Shown here: positions 51,601 through 64,000 of the stretch, piece after piece
How positions within the stretch are numbered: the first letter of the stretch is position 1
Layout of the letters: the number at the start of each line of letters is the position of its first letter
Origin: Marsupella aquatica
Taxonomy: Eukaryota > Plantae > Marchantiophyta
Assembly: GCA_973895155.1 (NCBI GenBank)
Contig: OZ316896.1
Location: 8,329,539 to 8,393,538 of the forward strand
Length of the DNA: 64,000 bases
Reading direction: 5' to 3'
Position numbers and translations under genes: made by a program
The notes under the pieces: generated by a model
Told to the model about the DNA's origin: nothing
What the model saw: the letters and a program-made list of their open reading frames with translations, nothing else
Databases searched by the model: none

Positions 51601-54600
51601 AAATTGTGTCTAACTTAGTGACAAGACCTCTATATGCACAGATGCCAAAAGCGCTCGTCGCTGCAATCCATATTTTGACAGTGCTTGCTCAGGAAAATTG
51701 GGAGCCAAGGGAGCCAGGAGCTGAGACCACGCATAGGAGGGATCTTGGAGCTGCAAGGTGGGAGTTTAGTTTGGAGCCGGGAGCTTATACCACACAACTG
51801 TTAGTGAGGTCATTTCAGTTGTTGGGTGTCGAAATTGATTGCTTCCCTTGTTTCATCGCTCATTTAATTTCCCTTTGCCCTCAAAGCATGTTGCTAACAT
51901 TCACTAGCACATATATGATCCCATGATGTAGCTATCTATAAGCTCCTTATACTGTTTGTCCTCTTAGCAATGCTGGTGAACTGACCTGTTGTGGCGCCTG
52001 AGCTGTTGTGGTGTTGAGCTGCTGTGTTTGCTGAGCAGCCGTGTTTGCTAAGGAGCTAAAGGCAGGGAGAAGTTGCCGTTGGGGACGACCTGTCTTGACA
52101 ACTTGCTGCAGCTCAGTCAACCACAGCCGGTGGGAGCTGTAAGTTAGTTTTCTGCATCTTAAGTTTTCTGCAAAGTGAGTCGGGAGGCGGCAACTTCAAG
52201 ACCTTTCTGGTTTCATTCTGACCATTACTTTGAGTTTGCCCAATATCTAGTGCCCCACTATGAGACCAGAGTATGTGGCCCTTTGTTTAGACAAATGATA
52301 CACTGTGAATTTTTGTCGTTTCTTAGTCTGGAAATTCAGCCCCCACGAAAATCTTCACCCCCTCGTTCATTCAGTGATGCATGCATGCTTAATTTGTTTC
52401 TCTGTTTTGTGGTCTCTGTTTCTCTGTTTCTCTGTTTCTCGATTTTCTGGTCATGCTTTTGCAAATAGAGTAACCCTAAATGTAAGATCCCGTGCATGTG
52501 TGAACAGATATTCATTCGCAATTCTTTCACTCTGGTTTTTCCAATTCTTTCCACTTTGTCTTTGAATGTGGTATGAATCACTTTGTCTTTGAATGTGCCC
52601 ATTCCTTTTGTGTTCTTGGTCTCACTCGTACTAAGACTTCATTTTGGTGCAGGTGGAGTGCAGAAGGACAAGAGTTCTCTGTAGCCAATTTCAACAGAAT
52701 AACAGTTCTTTGGTAACCCCCGACCCAATTTAAGCTATAGGAGGCAGGAACGGAGCCACGACACACTACAGTACAGTTGGAGCCCACATTCGCCCAATGC
52801 AATCTTACTTGTTAGCTTCTACCTGCAACCTACATTGACCCTACATCTTGGAGAGGTGGAGCGAGGGCGTGCATCGTGCAACCTAAGCCGACGGATCTTG
52901 CCAGTCACTCAGGCAGGCAGGGGTCCACCTTTGGAAGGTACAAACTAACTCAGAATTATTTGAATGTAGGATTTGGCTTCGATTGGCTCCTCTGTTTTGC
53001 TGGCTTCTTCATGTCTGCTCATAACATTTTTCTATGCACATAGTTATGGATAGAACATAGTAATTGGGATCATACTGTCTTCTACTTTGTTGGGGATCCT
53101 CTTTGAATATATACTTGCATGGTCACATGTGTATATAACTGCATACACATTCTACCTGAGGGGAGTATGACTGTACACCTCAGGTTCTAGTGCTATGTGC
53201 AGGCTGCAATTGTCTCAGGTCGAGTTAAAATTTTGACCAAAAGGGTCAAAGAATGCAGTCGTGAACTAGACTAATGAGTCATTTTGGGTCATTAAGATAT
53301 GACCATGATATATTACATCGTGGTCCCCAATAATACCAACCACTCTAGCCCAATCTTAAGTTTTTTAAGAATGATTAGTCATCTGTAGTCATCATCGATC
53401 ACTAATGTGCCCATATACTCTAAACTTTTAAGACCAACTAGTCATAATCAGTCGCCTGTGTTCCGACATTGAACCATAGCACCAGTCATATATGCGAAAG
53501 GCTACTCTCCCTCACTGACTGTTTGTGACTAATTCATACCTTGTTTTGAGTCGTACAAATGACTACTTTGCAGTCATTTGTAAGACTACACCTTCTCCAG
53601 ATCCCAAAATGCCCAAGTACGGATTTGATCATTATTAGTCACAAAATGTGTCTTAAACCCTAGTCACATAGCTGACCACTCGATTTCAGTCACTTTAAAT
53701 AAGACACTATGTCGAAATTACGACTGGCTTGATACCACCCAAACTTTAGTCACAAGGAGTCATGGGCAGTCGTAAAACTTAGTCATAAAACACCCCGGTT
53801 TCTACTAGTGTGGAGACAAAGATCCTCGATAGGGGGATGCGTCCTAGCCAAATAAGATGCACGAGGGTGGATGCACCTCAATAACATCCCAAATGCTGCT
53901 TGAGAATCTGCTAACTTAGAGAGCATAGGAATAGGGGCTAAGGCTGCCTGTAGAGCGTTAGCGATGAAAGATGAGCAAAAGGAGGCGGTACCAATTGGGG
54001 AGCCAAGGACCCGAAGACCTTTGGCTGGATGTAAGAACCTAGGGGGAAGTGCAAGATCAGAGGGTAACCCAACTGGACTCCAAGCACGACTCTTCACAGG
54101 CTGAACCCGTAAACCGAGGCCCATCAAATGGGTGGAAAGAGTGGCGAGGGTAGAAGTAACCGCAGTAGGGGGACCAATGATGTGAGTGTCATCTGAAAGG
54201 GAGGGGAAGATACACTGGGGGTGGGCCAAGGTGGCTTCCCGTAAAGCTGTAAAATGGGCAATGGCAAAAAAAGGCCCACCCAAAGGGTCACCGTGACGTG
54301 TACCTTCTGCAGAAGAAAGAGTGGTATACAATCCAGTAGAGGTGTGATGACTATAGAAGAGCGGGGCCTTGAGTCCATAAAACCAACGGACAAAGGGGAT
54401 AAGGGACTGGATGTCTAGATCCACCACCCTCAAAGCACAATAAATGGCTGCACAATTATTGCGGGTATTGAAAGTGTTAGAGACATCAACCTGGAGGACA
54501 ACCCAATCAGGGTGGAGGTCCAAGGTAGCACAAATACCCGCAATAACTGTCTCACAGCCGCCAGGAACGCCCACTGCAAACTGATGTGGAGAGAGATGAT

Positions 54601-55020
54601 CCAAAACTACAGAGTGATATTGCAATGAAAGTGTGCGAGACACAAGACGAAGAAAAACCTCTCCAATAGCTATGGGCCGAACACCCGATGAGGACTTAGC
54701 CATGGCCAATAAATGAGAAGCACTCAAAACTTGAGAGACGGGAGGAGGCAAACAGCCGGCTGCAATACACTGGTAGAAAGAGAAGAAAACTGGAAAACCA
54801 AACTGAGGATCCTCAGTGGGGAATAAATCACGAAAATGCTCAAAGACATAGCCAGACGGGCCACCAACCGCACAACGCGGGGAATGGAGGAAGGCATAGG
54901 TGAAGTGGTCCCTACTAAACTGAAGATCCTCCTCAGGCTCAAAATTCTCCACGAACAAAGGGAGCTGATCATAGGGCTACGGATGGAGATCCTGAAGGGC
55001 CGTCAAGATGACCCCTCCTT
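48619..55020 (-). mobile_element. CRE-like non-LTR retrotransposon (RT plus zinc knuckle plus restriction-like endonuclease), 5'-truncated, decayed, interrupted by a CACTA element
   Basis: RT part 53811-55020: ALQDLHP, GVRPIAIGEVFLRLVSR, QFAVGVPGGCE, LQVDVSNTFN, GTRHGDPLG, LSDDTHIIG, LRVLGSPIG. C-terminal part 48638-49895: LSLPISQGGFGL, GAGGWLQANP, F..AMRLRMGL, CTCG...HLLWC...VHDAVRD, RVDL...LADVVV...AATTKEAKY...FLPLALEIFG (PD-D..K RLE). Stops and frameshifts are present. Confidence 0.88.
49896..53810. mobile_element. Non-autonomous CACTA (En/Spm) DNA transposon, 3915 bp
   Basis: Perfect 16-bp TIRs CACTAGTAGAAACCGG / CCGGTTTCTACTAGTG; 3-bp TSD TGG (49893-49895 and 53811-53813); dense AGTCA/TGACT subterminal motifs at both ends; no transposase ORF inside. 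Confidence 0.95.
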
Positions 55021-55849
55021 TATTGTTGAAGCTTTCTAGCTATGGAGTAACCGTAGACTCTTTTTGCACCAATTTGACTACCCACCTGCACTCATTTCTC
55101 CACAGAATCCAATTTTCTCAATTGCATTAGCTTGCTCTTGTCGAGACACATCAAATCGATATAAAACACGTCACAAACAGAGCCGTATCGACATACTTAT
55201 AGTCACATTAGTTTTTGATATTTTTCTGTACTTTTTCTGCAACTTTCCCCTTCCTTTTGACTGTCATATCTTGGTCTATCTTTCACAGATTCCAGATTTC
55301 TCAAGTGCTTTGGATAGCTCTTCTCTGGGAGCTTCAGATTGATCCCAAGAGTAGTCCAATTGGTCTCATATTGCCCTGATTGGACCTTGATTAGATTTCA
55401 CATGTTTTCTTCAATTTCACCCGTACTCTCTCTCAATTAGGTTTCCTCCCCAATTTGAGGTGACGGTTTCCCTTGATCAACTTTGGAGCATTCTTGTATC
55501 GCCACGATTCTCCTCCGATTGGTGGTTGCCTTTCTTCTTCACTTCTGGCAGGGTGGCTTTTTGTCAAGTTTCGGGGACCAGATTGTATTCCACCATCTTC
55601 AGGAGCTGTAGTAGCACACTCAAATCAGCAGGCGGATTTTCACTCGCACCAAATCCTCCACAGACACATCGACAAGTGCTTCAGCTTTGTCCCCTACTGT
55701 GCCTGCACGGGCTCAATGGTTTCCTAGGCTTGCGGTGGCGCCATTTCTCGGATTGACGCGGTGGGCTCTCTCCATAGTCTTCCCTTTCTTTTCACATGTC
55801 TTGGTTGGGCCTTTTGTCGCTTCTTGATGCACTTTTGCTTTAAGTGGGT

Positions 55850-56307
55850 TGCAGCTTGGCATGTCTACGTTGAAAGTGTTGACGCGGGGCAAGCGCCCAT
55901 CCCCACCACACACTTCTCCCCCCTCCTCCCCCCCCCGCCTCATGGTCGCTTTTGTGTTTGCTCTTCTTCACTGGATCTCTCCCATCTTTGTGATGACCCC
56001 ATGCCCGATGCTCTTCCAGTCCCCCCAGTCTACTGCCCACCCCATCGTCACCCTGGCTCCTCTCCTCTCCGCACCCCATCCCCCCCACCCCCCAGCATCA
56101 CCCTCCAGCCTCATCATCCACGTCTGTTTCACCCCACCTCCCGTCCAGTCTTTCCTGGCTCCCTCCCCAAACGAGCGTCCCCTGCACACTTGCCCTGACT
56201 GTGGATGGGTTGGCATCTCCCTCCCTCATCATCGCGTGCGGGGCCGGTGCCAACGTCGCCAACAAGCACCATCCCAGCCTCAGCCTCTTCATCACAATCC
56301 CTTTTAA
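55850..56307 (+). pseudogene. Pro-rich fragment with a CxxC...H...C zinc-finger-like motif, possibly the N-terminal part of a CRE-like ORF
   Basis: PLHTCPDCGWVGISLPHHRVRGRCQRRQ preceded by Pro-rich low-complexity sequence in shifting frames; C-rich composition like the adjacent CRE coding strand. Confidence 0.35.
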
Positions 56308-56399
56308 TTTGCTTCCAACCATATTGTGTTGCATTTTATTGTTGTCTTGTAGTGGAATAAATAATGAAAAGTCCTACAGTAGCTTTTTCAAAGATAAGT

Positions 56400-57215
56400 G
56401 AGTCTTTTTGTTGTTTTCTTCATCACAATTAAATGCAGAATTTAGTTACAAGTAGGATAAATACATGGGTTGGAGAAGCGTAAAACAGGCCAATTCACTA
56501 AAATATATCGAACTACAAAAGAACAAACAGCACTTTGCAGGGAGAGAGGATCCCAGACACAAGCAAACCCAGTAGCAAGAGGGCAAAAACAAGGAAAACC
56601 CTAGAGCCAACAAGCCCAAGCTACAGAGTGGCCAAAGAACAAAAACCCTCTAAGTGAACCATAAACTGAAAAGCTTGGTAGAGTTCCACAGTAAACTACA
56701 TAGGAGGGTCTGAAAGGGGAGATCGGGTAGATGCCAAAACACCAACTTCCTTGCCCCAATGGAGGATAGTGAATGCCTGAGCCCATTGTAGAACAACAGA
56801 GACCAGTTGCCAAAAGAAGCCGAGGGATAAGGCCTTTGCTCAACACAATATAAGCTGCACAGTCTCAAAGGAAATTATCAAAAATAGGGTTAATTTAGGG
56901 ACCCAAAGACCTCCAAAGCAAGTGGGTGTAGAAGATCCCCAGGGTAACAACAACAAAAGCATCCTCCTTCAGCCGAGTTGGCTTGACTGCAGCGGGACAA
57001 GATTGGGCAACAATCAAAACATTACTCCCCTTAGTAGGATCAGTAATGACCATATTTTCAAGGACCTGCACTTCTGCATGGGAAAAGGTCACCATATCAC
57101 CATATGTCTAGACACCATCTCGGCATGGGAGCACATATCTGCTATCCTGTCTAGACACCATCCCCGCATGGAAACACATGGAGTTGCTCCATTGTGACAT
57201 GGTACCCTCAGTCCT
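56400..57215 (-). mobile_element. Decayed L1-like LINE 3' remnant, second copy of the 8-kb family
   Basis: Colinear similarity to 8020-8570; T-rich 3' region and short A-rich tail on minus near 56405-56420. Confidence 0.5.
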
Positions 57216-60200
57216 GGGTAAAACAAAATAATCAGATGTGGATTGGACACATGTCAAATAGTTCCTAAACTACAATAGTAAACTGTGACGAGATATTAAA
57301 ACCTTGTGAGGCACGACACAAAACTTGTATCCAAATTTAGCTTTATGAAACAGATTAAGAAATCAAGTATTCCCATGGGGTGGTTGAACAACACACGGGC
57401 AGTTGGGATACTTTCGATAATCCAAAAATATGTTAAATCTAAGGACGTCACCAGCCGTTGGAAATGACAAACAGCCAGTTCTTTGGGGATTATTTTCCTT
57501 GGATTTGTCGTACAAACTCTCTTTTGTCAGGTCCCCCCCCCCCCCCCAAGCTTCTATATAATAAATTTTATTTACCCCAACACCCCCCCTTTCATCCTCG
57601 TCAAAAAGGAAGGCTAAGAGCTGCACAGAACAAAACACATATATGACTTTGAAAGTACTTTACTGAAAAAGAGCGAGTAACAAACAAAAGGATTTGGAGA
57701 TAAACATGTGACATCAGCATACTTGGATACGCACACTTGGACTCCTCCATGTAAGTCATCAGTTTGACACTTTTCTGTAAAAAGTTTGTATATTTCTTCT
57801 TCTTCCATGTAAGTCATCAGTTTTAAGTTATATTTTGCCACAATTGCATGTGATGGGCAATTTACAAGAAAGCCGCCCGCAGTAAGAGGCATTTTTACCA
57901 GGGCTGAAACTCAGTCCGGATTCACATGTACGACTGGATGCCAGGCCTGACCGAGCGGCCCTCGCGTATGCGGCCCTTTGCCTTGCACTCTGCTTTGCAA
58001 AAGCTGCTGCTTGCACAATCAAGCCACAGTGCCCGGTCTCACCGGTCTCACTTGCAATTCTTTCTTCAAGCACTGTAGTGAACAGTCTCCCCACTCCGTC
58101 ACTCGTCATTGTGCCAATTTGGCGTGAGGCCTGCCATGGGAGGGGGTTAAGCCATCTTTTTATCCCTCAGTAACATTTTGCCATGAGTCTGTTTTATGGC
58201 CACAACATATAGGGCTTAGCCTGGGCCTCAACCCAAGGGGTGTCTCATATCATGCTCGAAGTTTTGGAAGAATAAACACCTTAAAATTTAAGTCAATTAA
58301 GTTTTTTTGAGGAATGTTTTTACCCCTAGCTTAATAGAATATTCTTAGAATATTCCCAAATTTGGTTTAAAATTACTATGCTTCTTTATAATTCTCAAAA
58401 CTGGATTAAAACAACACTAATGTTCTTAAAAAAAAACTTTCACTAAACCCAATAAAAAAATACTATACTTATTTGTACATGATGGGTTGGAAGAAAAGAA
58501 GTGAGGACCCCAGGACATAGCGCAGCCCACATGCGAGTTGGTTTACTCACCATTGTCGACAAGCAGAAGCCCCCAATATATATTTTACGTAGAAAGCAAG
58601 CATGGTACTGTAGTACCATAGTGTTTTAAAAATAAATGAAAATAATTAATTTTGATGTGTCCATGTATTTGTTTGAATATTAAGTTCACGTGGACAAAGG
58701 GTTTTGATTTGCCCATCCCAATGGATTGTGTGACACACTGTTTCACTTTACATCCATAATTCACACTGACAAGCTGCTTTTGGAAGATACTTCACTTCCG
58801 AAGAATACACCCAAGTAAAATTTTACAAGCACCCTGACCAATGGTTAGATGTTGGCCCAAATGTTGATTTTTGGCAGACTCATACTAATTGTTTGGAAGC
58901 TTTTTGGATATCTGTTGAAGCTCAATGTTTCCAGCACTTTTTCTGATGTCCAATCTACTGCTTAGCAAAGTTAGAGATTTTTTTGAGATCATTTGCTCCA
59001 CGAGTACACATGAGTGCAAAAATGGTCAAATATCATAAATCAACTGTCAAGGGACACTTCACTTTTTGTGAAATAAATCCTGAGTAGTTTGGGCATGAGG
59101 AACAAATTATCTCTTCTGGGGAGGAATTTTTCTTCCTGAAGTATGCCTTGAGTAGTTTGGGTATGAGCAACAACTCTCAGCTTTGGGGAATGACATTTAT
59201 AGTGAAGGACACCCTCAGTAGTTTGTACATGAGCAACAATTTGCCATAATGTAAAATAATTGAAATCGGCTCCAAACAATCAGGAGCCCGTTCAGAGGTC
59301 ACTTTTCAGTCAAAATTGTACAAAGTGCTAACTGAGCACTTTTTGATGTATGGCTTCAGTCCATTCCAGCTTTGGAAATCTATGGGAGCTCAGTGCAAAC
59401 GTCTGAGTTCTGATGCAACATCCCCAGAACTATAGCCGTTCATGCATTTGAGTCATCCCCGCCCCGCGCCCCCCACCAAAATGACTAAAAAGAAAACATT
59501 TGAGTCTCTATCCACAAGACCTTGTCAACCAATCAAATGATGTACATCCATAGAGTGACTGGTTGATAGAGGTGGATGCTCATGGTTGCGCATGTAAACT
59601 TGTTTGGAGGCTTTTAGCTCACAGTTATAATTTTTAAGTGTCCTCTTCATTTCCGGTAGCAATTTGTAGAGGGTTTTTCCTTGCCCTTATTTCAGGCCAA
59701 TTGCACGGGCTAAACAAGGGCTAAAGTCTTGGGCTGGGTTTCCTTCCCTCTTTGTTTTCATTGCGATTCAGTCTGTTCATATAGCATGCTCATCCTGGAA
59801 CATGCTTTATTTTTTGTCTTGTAGTGATCTGAAAGTAAATAAAATATGAGAGCATAGAAATGCTGTTATATAAGTAAAGTGTCTGCCAAGAAAAGCACAA
59901 TGACCAAGAAAAGGTACAGTCAAACGATGCTACGTTGTGTGCACTTAACTCAGGGTGCCTTATGAATGACACTCCTTTCAATAAAAACCATAAACCTAGG
60001 AAAGAAAAACATTAGGAGAACTTAAGAGGCTATGCATTCATGTTCTTCAACATCATTTCTCTCACTTGTGGTGGTGGAGCCTTTGATTTCATCTCTAAGA
60101 AAACACATACTGTGAAAGGGGGCTGCCAAAATAAGTTCAAAACACTCTAGAATACCTAAAACTGAAGGGGTCTAAAAATTAATTAAAAATGTATAGAATA

Positions 60201-60327
60201 CAAAGGCTGCCCCTTGATAAGGCAGATTGAAATGAAAATACATGACACATAAATCTGAATAAGACAAAATCTGAAATGTGCATTCACCATATAGCACCTT
60301 CAAAAATTGTTTTCATTGCGATTCAGT

Positions 60328-60492
60328 CTGTTCATAATAGATTTTCATTGGCAACAAAAAGTTGTGTAGATCCCAGGTGGTATTTGAAAAAATGCATTTA
60401 GTTGACCCCTGTTCATAATAGATTTTCATTGGCAACAAAAAGTTGTGTAGATCGCAGGTGGTATTTGAAAAAATGCATTTAGTTGACCCCTG
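60328..60492. repeat. 81-bp tandem duplication
   Basis: CTGTTCATAATAGATTTTCATTGGCAACAAAAAGTTGTGTAGATC.CAGGTGGTATTTGAAAAAATGCATTTAGTTGACCC twice, one substitution. Confidence 0.95.
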
Positions 60493-60999
60493 AGCTTGTC
60501 ATGCCTTGCAGACAAAGCTATGAACTTGGTCAATAGGATTGTCAACAAATGAAAATTCCCTCTAAATCAATTGAGTGCACTCCTTTGATTCCCCCCAGTG
60601 ATTCCTGTTGTGTTGGACTCACATTGCAAAGCCTCCTGGAAGCCATGTATTTGCATGGTGGAAACGAGTCAAAGTGAAGGGGCTCAATGCGCCTTTGGGG
60701 AGAAGCAAGGAATCAGGCAGCCAGAAAAGACAAATGGGAGGCTATGTTTAAGAAGAGACCATAAGAAGAGACCGCTGTTGGTTCGAGGTTACTATAAGTA
60801 TCCTTCTTTTCTTTCATCTGTTCCTCGTTGATGGTTCCTGATCGTCCCTATTAACAAGTTCCTTTGTCTACCCTTGTTCATTCCCATAGCCAAGTTTATT
60901 AAAAAAAAAGGAAAAAAAAGTTTATATAAAAAATTTATAATTATAATTATAATTAAAAAATTAATTTAAAAAAAAGGTTAAAGTTATTTGCAGTGATAG

Positions 61000-62155
61000 A
61001 AGTATTTTCTTTTCCTCTGAAGCATAATCTCTCCTGGATTGGCTTTATTTGAGTCTTCTCTAGTAGCATGCATTATTAGATATTATTCTATTCACTTATT
61101 CTCTCTCCAGCTATGATTTAGATATAGTGTCTGATCTCTGGGCAGGAATAAGATGATCATCTGGATAATTATGGGAATCGTTTGACTATAGATATCACAC
61201 AATGTAGTCAGTGGCAGTCTAAGTTAATATTCTAGTGTGGGCTTTTGGCAGTTTTCATCGCAGGGATTCTGGCTAAGACAATCAATGGTCGACTCTCTCT
61301 GAGCTATTCATCCTCCTTTGAGCAGGCTGCTTTGTATGCTGGAGAACCATTTGGATGTTGGGATAATTGGATTGGTTGGTTGCTCCATGACAGTAAGATA
61401 ATCTGTCCCAATGAGTGGTTTCGACAATCAGGAATCTCTTCTGCCTCAGAGTAAGGTTATTCTGTCCTCTGCGGAGTATCATTTGCTACCCACAGGTTAT
61501 TTGGGTGCCTTGGCTGGCTGGCACAGAATATTGCATCCACAGGGGAATCTCTAACCATTTGTCTTTTGGGAGACCGAAGTATTCGGGGAATGCCTTAAGG
61601 CGAGTATGGGAAGGGAGGAAGTAAACATCGAATGATGGCAACTATTTGGCACAACCCCTCGGTCAGTTGGTTTCTCAGATCAATGTTTGCGGTTGTCCCA
61701 GTTGGCGGATCATATGGGACTGTCCTCGGCTCGCTTGATCAGTGTTCCTGGTAATAATGGTCCCGGGGTTCTCTCATTGACGACAGGAGGGTTTATTTGG
61801 GTGGTCTGCCAAGGGAGGATGGAGCTTGGTTGGTGATCAGTTGGATGTCTGGCTGGGTTCCATGCTATCTGGTTGCTGCTTCTGGTTCATTATGGTTCAA
61901 TGTTAGTTGTAGGTACTCTCTGCCATCTGGCTTTGTTTGGCCCCCTCCTGCCATCTTTGACTCGCCCCTCTCTCCGGCAGTCTGGTAGGGAGGGTCCTCC
62001 TTTTTCTCTGGGTGTGCTTCTTCTCATTGGCCCCCATTAATTGGTCTTTTTCCTTGCCTCCTCCTTTCAGGCAGATGTTTTCTTTTGTCCGGGTTTCCGG
62101 TGGAATAAAGTTTTGGGGAATCTCCCCAAAAAAAAACCAAAAAAAAAACAAAAAG
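61000..62155 (+). mobile_element. Probable decayed LINE 3' end with poly(A) tail
   Basis: Trp/Gly-rich broken frames, T-rich 3' stretch, AATAAA at ~62104 followed by an interrupted A-run at 62128-62154. Confidence 0.4.
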
Positions 62156-64000
62156 AGACGAGAGTACAAGTATGTCTGGTTTAGCTTTGAAACCAAAGCT
62201 TTAAAATACTGGGGTTCCTATTGATTTAACCAGGGGACATCAGTAGGGGTGGGACGCCAAACTCGGTCCTGTCTCCCAAAGTAGGGTCATCTGGAATATA
62301 ATAGGACCACATTCAAGAATCTCAAAGAAAGTACAATATTGCATTTGGGATGGTGAAAAATCAACTTGAGGGAGGGTGAAGGACGTGACACCAAGGAGGA
62401 GGTAGGGAGGAAGATTCATATAGTCCTCTTGGGACCAAAGCACTAGTTGGTCATGGACCTTGTACCATTTTGCATCTTACAGTCACACACATGATGCTGA
62501 TAATTTAAATTAACCATAATTGTCCAAGATTGTATGCAATGTAAGTTTACCAAATTATTGCCGTGGAGACTGTTACTTCTATGCCATATCAACAATCATG
62601 CGTTTCCCTCCATCTTACTATAAAAGCTAGGACAAAGTCTACTCTTAAGGGCCTAAAGTCTAGAGTGAAGCCTCTAGACTCTCACCCCAGTACAGACAAA
62701 GATGAACGAAATAACATGGAAATATTATTGTGCAAGATTTTTCTTCTTCATTTTTGCTTGCGTTCCCTTTTACATTCAAGGAAGAGGTAATCGGGCTAAT
62801 CCAAGTACAAAACAAAACCTGAGTAGCTACTACCATAGCTAGTTACCTAGAAATGAAAGAAGATGACTGACGGAGTGATGACACTTGAGGGGCCCACATA
62901 CATAGATTACTTGGGCAGGATTTCATTGAATTTTTCATAATTGACTTAGCTGTCCTTGGATGCAAGAAAACTGGCCTGGAGGTAGGCTGAAGTGGCAGGG
63001 GTGACTTGTGACCAGTTGGGTCGATGTTCAAACCCTGACCAGACACTCATACTCCAGTTTCAACTCTGGTATGACAATGGATTCTGTTTCTGCATGCAAC
63101 ATGGACTTTACTCAAATGGGTTCAATATGTCTTATGCACCATAAGCACTTGTAATGGTTATAGAAATTAGAGATCCTGGGTTTTACCAATCTGCAAACGA
63201 TTTGCATGACTTGTTGAAGGGCAAGTTCCCCTTCTAGAGAATAAAATAGTGGTCCAACTTGCATGACAAATTTTGAAGCTGACATATCGTGAATGCAACT
63301 TTCAGTATTGTCTTATTGAAACTTCATCTGTTATGTTATTTTATGTCAATGTGTCTTACCAAGGTGCATCCCTTGTATAGATTAGATTTTGAATTTATTG
63401 TGGCACCCCTCTATGTTTTTTAACCTTTGCTAAATTTTAGATCATCCACCCTTTAACAAAGCTCATGGTTTTGTGTCCTAAATTTATGGTTTTAGAGGCT
63501 TGTCACTATGCAAATAGGAGCAACGAAGGATCACAACAGCATCGTAAGATAATTTTTCCAGGAATTTAACTGTTTCCACCTTTCTCAGTATGTTTATGAG
63601 AACGTTTAGCATTTCGCAAGTGAGTAGAAGTGGCCAAAGTCCCTCGGCGATTGGAATAATGCTGCCAATCTCACCAAAATGTGAAGAGTTTCAACATGTC
63701 CAGCAAGAAAATCCAGTTGCGCCATCCTGAGACCATTCGATGGAATTGATCTAGCTAGCAATTTACAGTCAGCTGTTTTGAAAAGTGACTCTTGATACAT
63801 GCCAAAATTGGTAATACAAATTTTCTACTGCTTGTGGGCGGGGCATGGTCCAACAGGGTGAGAAACAATTCCTGGTTGCCTAAAAACCTGATCATATATA
63901 TAGAACAAGAACGAAGGAATGGGATACGGCCTCACTTAAGACCCTTCACCAGTCAATACCGAACTTGGCACCCGAAGAGCAAGCAATTTCTCAGGCTCGA

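Noticed and set aside
62200-64000. Possible transposase remnant on minus (QDGA-like word)
   Set aside because: Frames too broken to support any family assignment without a search.

Overview
Eukaryotic land-plant nuclear DNA, most like a bryophyte/liverwort genome (GT-AG introns, plant gene families, decayed plant transposons). Five protein-coding genes are supported by hand-spliced exon models: (1) the 3' part of a strongly divergent heme-oxygenase-like gene (+, 26-2560); (2) a plant aldo-keto reductase (-, 4114-5971); (3) an 11-exon Integrator subunit 2 homolog (-, 10862-16995); (4) an MS1/MMD1-family PHD-finger gene (+, 22000-24910); (5) an intronless single-pass Ser/Pro-rich membrane protein (-, 34459-35793). 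The rest is mostly repeats. These include a decayed Ty1/copia remnant with its 3' LTR, a solo LTR with TSD, L1-like remnants and many local tandem duplications. The clearest structure is a CRE-like restriction-endonuclease non-LTR retrotransposon split by a 3.9-kb non-autonomous CACTA element with perfect TIRs and a TSD. Between genes 4 and 5 lie several apparently spliced but non-coding segments and an unusual three-arm inverted-repeat cassette. No tRNA, rRNA, snRNA or CRISPR array could be supported. All family calls come from motif recall, not database searches.
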